Of a stretch of DNA of 64,000 nucleotides, positions 60,275 to 64,000 are shown in pieces. The stretch is from the NCBI RefSeq assembly GCF_006345805.1, contig NC_043006.1:52142001-52206000 (forward strand), written 5' to 3'. Source of the stretch: Octopus sinensis (taxonomy: Eukaryota). Every line of letters begins with the position of its first letter. Within the stretch, counting starts at the first letter, position 1. Both the position numbers and the translations under genes were made by a program. The notes under the pieces are model-generated. The model saw nothing but the letters and a program-made list of their open reading frames with translations, was not told where the DNA came from and ran no database searches.

Positions 60275-61875
60275 TTGTTCCCTCAACATCACTTGACAAC
60301 CGATGCTGGTGTGTTTACGTCCCCGTAACTTAGCGGTTCGGCAAAAGAGACCGATAGAATAAGTACTAGGCTTACAAAGAATAAGTCCTAGGATCGATTT
60401 GCTTGACTAAATGTGGTGCTCCAGCATGGCCACAGTCAAATGACAGAAACAAGTAAAAGAGGACCCAATCCCTTTCACAATGACAGGCCGATGTCCCCTT
60501 TTGTATCTGTTTTGACTAACCCAGTCTTATGGCTTGTCACATACCCCACTGTCAAACCTTCAAGTCCATTGACCTGTTTGCTTCTTCTGCATTCTCTGCC
60601 AGGCCAGGATTCATGTATTTAGGGATAGACATTCCCACCATTGAGCATAGTCCCTTGGATTCACACACAAAGTTCAGCTGATCAGTCAAACCAGGAATTA
60701 GGGAGTGGCTATGGTTGTACATTGCTGCATATGTGATTTAGATGCAAGGAAAGAAAAAGATAAACTTCTTCATATTCTTTAACCCTTGCATTACTGTATT
60801 TATTTTGAGATACTCTGTTTTTCTTTCACTTACTTTAAATATAACCAAGAATTTAGTAAAATAACTTAGTTATCATTCAACTAGTGTTAGGAACATAAAT
60901 TGTGTCTAAGGTTTGGTGGAAGATTTTAATTCAAAACTTATGGAAACAAGACACTTGTACTTAGAGTCAGAGCCGGTTTCAGCCAGGTTGGTAACGAAAG
61001 GGTTAATACAAATTGTAAGATATAAGTGCAGACATTTGTACATAGTATATAAATAACTAGTAGGGTTATTTCAAAATTATAAAAGGAGTAAGTTGCTAAC
61101 TGAATGTGTGCTAAGAAATGATAACAAATACTTCAACTTAAACCAGATTCAACAATATGAAACTGATTGACCTGCCAGGAATAGCAGCCAAATTTCCTTC
61201 ATCTTACACCTTATCATCTTGGAAAGAAAGCACATTAGATAGTTAAGTCCTAGGAATGCTACACCTAAGAGTATGACAGGCCAGTCATGGCTGGAATGTC
61301 ATTTATCATAGGTCATCAACTCAGTCTGGGCAAACCTGGGATTAAACAACAAACTTATACCTGGTCGTAGTTAAGTACTGTCAACTAAATTTATAGGTCT
61401 AGAAATATATAGTGTAAATATAACTGGCATTATGGTCACTCTCTTTTGCAGGTATGCTAGCTACTTGGTGGTGGATGTCCTGTACATGGTCATTTTATCT
61501 TAGAATAGGCTGTAGCATACCTGTCATTACATGTAGCCCACAATCAGAGTTTGAATCTAATGACATAAGAACAGAATGAGGCAACAAGTGGCCTTCTGGC
61601 TGTGTAAGATCCCACATGTAATAAATTATGCCTCCAATTAGCACAGAGACACAATTTTGTAATTTACAGATATTGTCAATTGAATCAAACTCACAACAAT
61701 AATAGTATAAGAAATGAAAAATAAATTTGACTCCAGGGGAGTTAGAACTCAAAATACAGAAGTTAATGCATCCTTGAATAATCTTACCATCTTTAATAAA
61801 CCAATAACCATAGTTAATACATCACTGTTAACCATTTTCTCACAGACTGCAACGCCTCCATCAACAGAAAGATTT
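16552..61875 (-). CDS. HEATR3: HEAT repeat-containing protein 3 orthologue (Syo1-like uL5/uL18 import adaptor); 5'-partial, 17 exons in window (w1-w17)
   Basis: 17 AG..GT-bounded exons join in consistent phase into one stop-free frame ending TAA at 16554-16552. Colinear motifs match HEATR3 as I recall it: RNLSVDGG, HLLWNLCENS, AHCLHTVT, KAQQLAVEIAANLC, acidic loop, YLEAVSSAL, VVAEALDAIFDIFAE, KLNLIRFIKY. Confidence 0.93.
16746..17157 (-). mobile_element. SINE family A, full length
   Basis: Same head, body and tail as 3066-3469. Confidence 0.88.
17585..17980 (-). mobile_element. SINE family A, full length
   Basis: As above. Confidence 0.88.
18269..18658 (+). mobile_element. SINE family A, full length
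   Basis: As above; inverted relative to 17585-17980. Confidence 0.88.
19183..19588 (+). mobile_element. SINE family A, diverged subfamily
   Basis: Recognisable head, internal (GT)n and tail. Confidence 0.8.
19673..19846 (-). CDS. HEATR3: HEATR3 exon w16 (174 nt): PIGIALMNIACQDKSLHVVAEALDAIFDIFAEDEVDPVVKEINLIDNLKPVLSTLKGN
   Basis: cattttgcag acceptor, gtaagt donor; phase 0 to 0; EALDAxFDxFA motif. Confidence 0.95.
20668..20895. mobile_element. piggyBac-type MITE, family 2
   Basis: TTAA|CCTTTTAGCA ... GTAGGG|TTAA; inverted relative of 35904-36132; partial copy at about 54876-55047. Confidence 0.65.
21625..21836 (+). repeat. Purine-rich (GGA/GAA) low-complexity tract
   Basis: About 210 nt, mostly G/A; explains ORFs 21583..21861 and 21591..21836. 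Confidence 0.9.
21895..22044 (-). CDS. HEATR3: HEATR3 exon w15 (150 nt): LADIMSPESMVLFEKMQESPNQQIRINSIRVLSSIGSTLLLNSSTHSELK
   Basis: ttttcttctacaag acceptor, gtaact donor; phase 0 to 0. Confidence 0.92.
22871..23215 (-). mobile_element. RTE-type 3' end (family D)
   Basis: catcatcatc..tttaacgtccgctttccatgctagc.. Confidence 0.75.
23661..24108 (-). mobile_element. SINE family A, diverged, with expanded (TA)n
   Basis: Tail, body and head all recognisable. Confidence 0.8.
24990..25640 (-). mobile_element. Cluster: SINE B (about 24990-25200), family D fragment (about 25205-25400), SINE B (about 25420-25640)
   Basis: Diagnostic motifs aaaggcaaagtc..ggaatttgaactcagaa and gctggatgc..cctaatgccaacca. 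Confidence 0.75.
25831..25925 (-). CDS. HEATR3: HEATR3 exon w14 (95 nt): SEINCDVDYLEAVSSALSAVAQKFAECKTIK
   Basis: acgacag acceptor, gtgagt donor; phase 1 to 0; LEAxSSAL motif. Confidence 0.92.
26119..26363 (+). mobile_element. tRNA-derived SINE, family C, with 15-bp target-site duplication
   Basis: TSD taaagatatagattg at 26103-26117 and 26365-26379; A and B boxes; cttgagcaaaacacttca CORE-like segment. Confidence 0.88.
27098..27347 (-). mobile_element. SINE family C
   Basis: Inverted homologue of 26119-26363. Confidence 0.85.
27375..28135. mobile_element. Non-autonomous TIR element (Tc1/pogo-like, about 760 bp)
   Basis: TIRs ctgtaaaaatccatgtaattt / aaattacacgggtttttacag, TA-rich flanks. Confidence 0.65.
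29114..29250 (-). CDS. HEATR3: HEATR3 exon w13 (137 nt): LFQLRVHALLSAANMISSLSIETIGGIERLHSIWTGLVRMCHMKQ(D)
   Basis: ttttttgtttgtag acceptor, gtaaac donor; phase 2 to 1. Confidence 0.92.
30130..30436 (+). mobile_element. DINE-1/HINE-like element
   Basis: aaagtttcatccaaatcc..acagacaaacaaac microsatellite and 3' hairpin acctctgccttcgctaaggtagaggt; 5' boundary uncertain. Confidence 0.45.
30672..30945 (-). mobile_element. RTE-type 3' end (family D)
   Basis: Diagnostic motifs as above. Confidence 0.75.
30960..31465 (+). repeat. Unclassified repeat-like block ending in (AAT)n; probable non-LTR retroelement 3' end
   Basis: GC-richer block ending ctctctcactcaataataataat; no second copy here, family not identified. 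Confidence 0.35.
32127..32203 (-). CDS. HEATR3: HEATR3 exon w12 (77 nt): VLKKVECPPLSTSCPLNTPNKRIAK(C)
   Basis: aaactag acceptor, weak gtttgt donor; the phase 0 to 2 exon required to join w11 and w13. Confidence 0.78.
32677..32739 (-). CDS. HEATR3: HEATR3 exon w11 (63 nt): PPCCLPSELHHCFVKFDILNH
   Basis: tctttatctag acceptor, gtaagt donor; phase 0 to 0. Confidence 0.85.
33037..33872 (+). mobile_element. Internally deleted mariner element with both TIRs
   Basis: TA-tgaggaggtacccaaaa / ttttttgggggtaccccttg-TA; FCFLLGKTMAET, KTQVYKWF, KRIAIKFVP, ITGDESWCY then a jump to FADVEKVKKKTTEALK..FEEWK. Confidence 0.88.
35176..35270 (-). CDS. HEATR3: HEATR3 exon w10 (95 nt): DDYEVGSEESMSSDEVVCDVDMETNESSSVL
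   Basis: ccattccag acceptor, gtaagt donor; phase 1 to 0; acidic loop. Confidence 0.9.
35426..35821 (-). mobile_element. SINE family A, full length
   Basis: As above. Confidence 0.88.
35904..36132. mobile_element. piggyBac-type MITE, family 2
   Basis: TTAA|CCCTTCAGCA ... CTAAAGGA|TTAA. Confidence 0.65.
36619..37692 (+). mobile_element. 5'-truncated CR1-group LINE with open RT C-terminal frame (ORF 36645-37628)
   Basis: SGVPQGSVLGPLLF, YADD, KCTTMHFG, ERDLGI, VRPHLEFASSVWNP, LESVQRRATK, TRGH, FFTLRVAEAWNKLP; (ATT)n tail. Confidence 0.95.
37802..37895 (-). CDS. HEATR3: HEATR3 exon w9 (94 nt): TTEINKIIANAETFLKAQQLAVEIAANLCSE(D)
   Basis: tttcatag acceptor, gtaagt donor; phase 0 to 1; AQQxAxEIxxNxC motif. 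Confidence 0.92.
38492..38690. mobile_element. Rearranged SINE A: forward 5' part followed by an inverted second head
   Basis: ggagtggctgtgtggtaag.. at about 38499; aagcaagcttcttaaccacacagctacgcctatgcc at about 38653-38688. Confidence 0.75.
39249..39399. mobile_element. 151-bp pogo-type MITE
   Basis: TIRs taccataaatcctcgagtata / tatactcgaggatttacagta. Confidence 0.8.
39828..39920 (+). mobile_element. CR1-group LINE 3' tip
   Basis: gacaagttgtggtgcacctgagcactgtatac plus (ATT)n; matches the 3' UTR of 47958-48790. Confidence 0.75.
39935..40680 (-). mobile_element. Mariner (DD34D-type) remnant, 5' part
   Basis: TA-ttgggtcatcccataaata end at 40680; NPIVTFEELAEKL, DQWVP, PFLDWIVTGDEKWVFYKN; no second TIR seen. 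Confidence 0.85.
41318..41359 (-). CDS. HEATR3: HEATR3 microexon w8 (42 nt): TNGTTEKVEPTVDK
   Basis: ttgcag acceptor, gtgaga donor; phase 0 to 0. Confidence 0.65.
43285..43338 (-). CDS. HEATR3: HEATR3 microexon w7 (54 nt): SNGTTSEAGIEMLDVNNQ
   Basis: ttttttttatttgtatttacag acceptor, gtaaga donor; phase 0 to 0. Confidence 0.7.
43499..43805 (+). mobile_element. SINE family C, near full length
   Basis: ggaggcgcaatggcccagtggttagggc.. to ..aaaagggcacataaataaataaa. Confidence 0.85.
44215..44597 (-). mobile_element. Non-autonomous Helitron-type element
   Basis: 5' TC(TCTCTATATAAAC); 3' cccgagcaacgccgggcgatacggCTAG|T; last ~70 bp shared with 2022-3035. Confidence 0.75.
44948..45172 (-). mobile_element. 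SINE family B, inside an 18-bp direct repeat
   Basis: Body and tail tatttctttactacccacaagggg; agttatattcaatatatt at 44934-44951 and 45275-45292. Confidence 0.85.
46430..46474 (-). CDS. HEATR3: HEATR3 microexon w6 (45 nt): VTDVLDEAMMPMAEV
   Basis: ttttgattgtag acceptor, gtaagt donor; phase 0 to 0; open frame; supported by splice signals rather than homology. Confidence 0.7.
46570..46735 (-). repeat. Short repeat with a degenerate hammerhead-like motif (46665-46703)
   Basis: CUUU-CUCUGGA-A-GUGC(GUAG)ACUC-GAAA-CG-UU-AAAG; homologous to 62657-62820. Confidence 0.6.
46897..47092 (+). mobile_element. RTE-type 3' end (family D), well conserved
   Basis: Diagnostic motifs, long (GAT)n tail. Confidence 0.78.
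47958..48790 (-). mobile_element. Older 5'-truncated CR1-group LINE, same family as 36619-37692
   Basis: TTMHLGRKIP, HDLGIIV, VRPHLEFASPVWNPY; in-frame stops; 3' gtggtgcacctgagcactgta and (ATT)n. Confidence 0.9.
49134..49279 (-). CDS. HEATR3: HEATR3 exon w5 (146 nt): LLVNVFGDQLSTASGHLVSPILSTIADVLAINTHEHLISEADKVVALQ
   Basis: ttttatag acceptor, gttagc donor; phase 1 to 0. Confidence 0.88.
49920..50152 (+). mobile_element. SINE family B
   Basis: Head, B box and tail gccccttgtgggcaataaagaaata. Confidence 0.82.
50713..51099 (+). mobile_element. SINE family A (short internal deletion)
   Basis: As above. Confidence 0.85.
51446..51863 (+). mobile_element. SINE family A with duplicated A-box head
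   Basis: tggctgtgtggtaagtagct occurs twice at the 5' end. Confidence 0.85.
52204..52525 (-). mobile_element. SINE family A with internal deletions
   Basis: As above. Confidence 0.82.
53345..53729 (+). mobile_element. SINE family A, full length
   Basis: As above. Confidence 0.88.
54350..54805 (+). mobile_element. RTE-type 3' end (family D), longest copy, three internal modules
   Basis: ggagacctattgagtcaagta start also seen at about 57078; three gtaaaaagcacc-type modules; (GAT)n tail. Confidence 0.75.
55671..55814 (-). CDS. HEATR3: HEATR3 exon w4 (144 nt): HCLHTVTDSNPEVCTYLRNDEPLSQIQSLTTINTSSMDALLLRAVAA(G)
   Basis: tctatcag acceptor, gtatgt donor; phase 1 to 1. Confidence 0.92.
56141..56932. 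mobile_element. Fold-back (palindromic) element with two outward-facing tRNA-like cassettes
   Basis: 35-bp outer TIR with 1 mismatch (ttacattggatggataggtgtcctcaccttgtttg); inner arms about 56250-56507 and 56535-56790; spacer about 27 nt; A box TAGCATAGTGG, B box GGTTCAATCCC. Confidence 0.85.
57078..57447 (+). mobile_element. RTE-type 3' end (family D)
   Basis: Same structure as 54350-54805. Confidence 0.75.
58836..58945 (-). CDS. HEATR3: HEATR3 exon w3 (110 nt): ENSETAVQIFNKEKLAHPLVYCLNPSIYGYPLVLAV(A)
   Basis: ttacag acceptor, gtaagt donor; phase 2 to 1; AVxIFNKE motif. Confidence 0.92.
59128..59228 (-). CDS. HEATR3: HEATR3 exon w2 (101 nt): YEVGWEPSKLWDEKLAQLKTDTFIQAVHLLWNL(C)
   Basis: ccttttag acceptor, gttagt donor; phase 0 to 2; LLWNLC motif. 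Confidence 0.9.
59553..59710 (+). repeat. Degenerate 26-bp tandem array (6 units) at the 5' end of a family D copy
   Basis: Units at 59553, 59581, 59607, 59633, 59659, 59685; approximate consensus gccagcaccacataaaaagcacccat. Confidence 0.8.
59991..60460 (+). mobile_element. SINE family A with expanded internal microsatellite
   Basis: As above. Confidence 0.88.
60779..61006. mobile_element. piggyBac-type MITE, family 1
   Basis: TTAA|CCCTT ... GTAACGAAAGGG|TTAA. Confidence 0.75.
61788..61875 (-). CDS. HEATR3: HEATR3 exon w1 (88 nt): (R)NLSVDGGVAVCEKMVNSDVLTMVIGLLKM
   Basis: ctttttcag acceptor, gtaaga donor; phase 2 in, phase 0 out. Confidence 0.92.
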
Positions 61876-62380
61876 CTGAAAAAGAAACAAGAAAGAAGTG
61901 ATTAAAAATATGGGAAAGATAAAAGAAAGATATTGGTGATATCAGATATCAGGGTGTTGGACCTCAGAGGTGAGCTGGCGCTATCATTAAGCAGTAGATT
62001 TCTCTAGTCCATGTCAATATGATTCAAGTAAAAGTATGTTAAAAGATAGCAATGATAAAATTCTAAACATGATAAATCTTTAATTTAATTAAAACAATAT
62101 ATCATTGACTGAAAATAATAGAAAAGTGGTTGTGAGAAGAATGCACTATGCAAAAGTTTAAATTCTGCAAAATGTATTGTGTTGTTGTCCTTTCATCTCA
62201 TGGTTTTTTCAATAACCAGTTGCATGAAATAACAAATTGCAGTTTATTATTATAAAAATCGAAGAAAACTTTAAATCAAAAATAGCTTATGAAGAAGGAA
62301 AAATGCCTGAATACCCAGGATAAATAATTAGTTGTAAAAATAATAATAAATTAATAAAATATATATATATATATAAATAT

Positions 62381-62635
62381 GCCGGTGGCACGTAAAAAGC
62401 ACCATCCGTCTGTGGCCATTTGCCAGCTCCATCTGGCACCTGTGCGGGTGGCATGTAAAAAGCACCCACTACACTCACGGAGTGGTTGGCGTTAGGAAGG
62501 GCATCCAGCTGTAGAAACACTGCCAGATCAGACTGGGCCTGATGCAGCCTTCTGGCTTCACAGACCCCAGTTGAACCGTCCAACCCATGCTAGCATGGAA
62601 AGCGGACGCTAAAAGATGATGATGATGATGATGAT
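62381..62635 (+). mobile_element. RTE-type 3' end (family D)
   Basis: Diagnostic motifs, (GAT)n tail. Confidence 0.78.
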
Positions 62636-62656
62636 AGATCGTTAGCTACTACACAC

Positions 62657-62820
62657 ATTTTTTTCTCTCCTTGTTTTTTTCTGTGTATCTTTCTGTAGAA
62701 GAGCGTAGGCTCGAAAAGTAAAAGAATTTTTCTATTCCTGAGCGCTATACTAATACATCTGTTTGTTTGTACACTACCTGCCTTCATCTTTTGTTTATTT
62801 TCGTAAACTTTCCCTTTATA
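62657..62820 (+). repeat. Short repeat with a variant hammerhead-like motif (62688-62725)
   Basis: UCUUU-CUGUAGA-A-GAGC(GUAG)GCUC-GAAA-AG-UA-AAAGA. Confidence 0.6.
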
Positions 62821-63153
62821 TATATATAATGATAGGTTTCTTTCAGTTTCCATCTACCAAATCTACTCACAAAACCTAAGGGTATAGTAGAAGACACTTG
62901 ACCAATATGCCATGCAGTAGGACTGAATGGAACCATGTGGTTGGGGAGCAAACTTTTTACCACACTTGGCTGTGCCTATATTCCACTCTAGCTACGAAAA
63001 GTAAACAATTCAGTCTTCTCCACCTATGTGATGTGGATCTTACTTAGCATTGTTCCACAAAAAAGAGGCCAATCTCATCACAATAAAAAAAAATCTGCTG
63101 AAAAGAAATAATTCCCTATCACAAGCTCAGAAAACTATTTTTCTACAGTAACT

Positions 63154-63369
63154 TTAAGCCTTTCGTCACTGTATTTATTTTGAAATGCTCTGTGTTTCTT
63201 TCAATTACAAAGAATTTAGTAAAATAACTTGGTTATCATTAAGCTAGTGTTAGGAACATAAATTGTGACTAAGGCTTGGTGGAAGATTTTAATTCAAAAC
63301 TTATGAAAACAAGACATTTGTACTCAGAACCAGAGCCGGTTTCAGCCAGGTTGGTAACGAAAGGGTTAA
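63154..63369. mobile_element. piggyBac-type MITE, family 1 (second copy)
   Basis: TTAA|GCCTTTCG ... GTAACGAAAGGG|TTAA; body closely matches 60779-61006. Confidence 0.75.
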
Positions 63370-64000
63370 ATGCCTCACAACACTGTGAATACCCAATTGT
63401 TTTTTGAAAGATTCCAATCAAGCCTTGCTAGCTTTAAATATTACTGGTTTTACATCCCTTTCAAGTTGCTTGTAAAGAAACATATTTTTTTTTTTCACAA
63501 ATAATTCAGTCACTGAATCAGCAGCTAATTGTTTACTTCCAATCCATAAGAAGAGATTTTCTTTCTCGACCTTCTTAAAACTTTGGCTATTGATGTACTT
63601 TTTAGCATCATTTTTTCAAAATAGCACGGATTTGATAAATCCATATTCCACACTTTCAACAAACTCTTTCTTCTGACACGCTTTGCATTTAAGCACAGGA
63701 ATAATTTTTGACAAAATAATAAATGCAAACAACACAAATTTTTACAGTAAAATTTTCTTTGAAAAAATTCTATTGACTCTGCTTCAAATGAAATGACAAG
63801 CTATGATAGTGCATTAAATTGAAGGAAACCTGGGAGACTCAGAGACTGGTTCATTTTAGTCAGTGGAATTACATCTTTACATTTTTTACTTGTTTCAGTC
63901 ATTTAACTGCAGCCATGCTGGAGCACATCGACCCCAGGACTTATTCTTTGTAAGGCTAGTACTTATTCTATCATTCTCTTTTGCCGAACCGCTAGGTTAC

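Noticed and set aside
63525-63737. ORF 63525-63737 as an upstream HEATR3 exon or piggyBac cysteine-rich domain
   Set aside because: No resemblance to the expected HEATR3 N-terminal HEAT segment and no complete Cys/His pattern in any frame I translated.

Overview
AT-rich, microsatellite- and transposon-dense eukaryotic genomic DNA. The repeat repertoire (several tRNA-derived SINE families, RTE/CR1 LINE ends, Helitrons, mariner/pogo/piggyBac-type elements) suggests an octopus genome; this is inference from recognition, not a database result. The one host gene is on the minus strand: 17 exons of a HEATR3 (Syo1-like HEAT-repeat) orthologue, 61875 to 16552. I assembled them by hand with AG/GT boundaries and consistent phases into 1759 nt (about 586 codons, ending TAA). 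The N-terminal exons lie beyond the right edge. Positions 1-16000 are intergenic and made mostly of TE remnants. Most ORFs in the supplied track are microsatellite or SINE artefacts. Best leads: (1) short repeats carrying minimal type-I hammerhead ribozyme motifs, one with an intact core at 3792-3826; (2) a 790-bp intronic fold-back element with two outward-facing tRNA-like Pol III cassettes (56141-56932); (3) a SINE insertion whose 18-bp target-site duplication also encloses about 100 nt of unrelated A-tailed sequence (44934-45292); (4) three phase-0 microexons in HEATR3, two beginning with [S/T]NGTT. No prokaryotic features or CRISPR arrays. TE boundaries and identities were judged by eye and are approximate unless termini are quoted.
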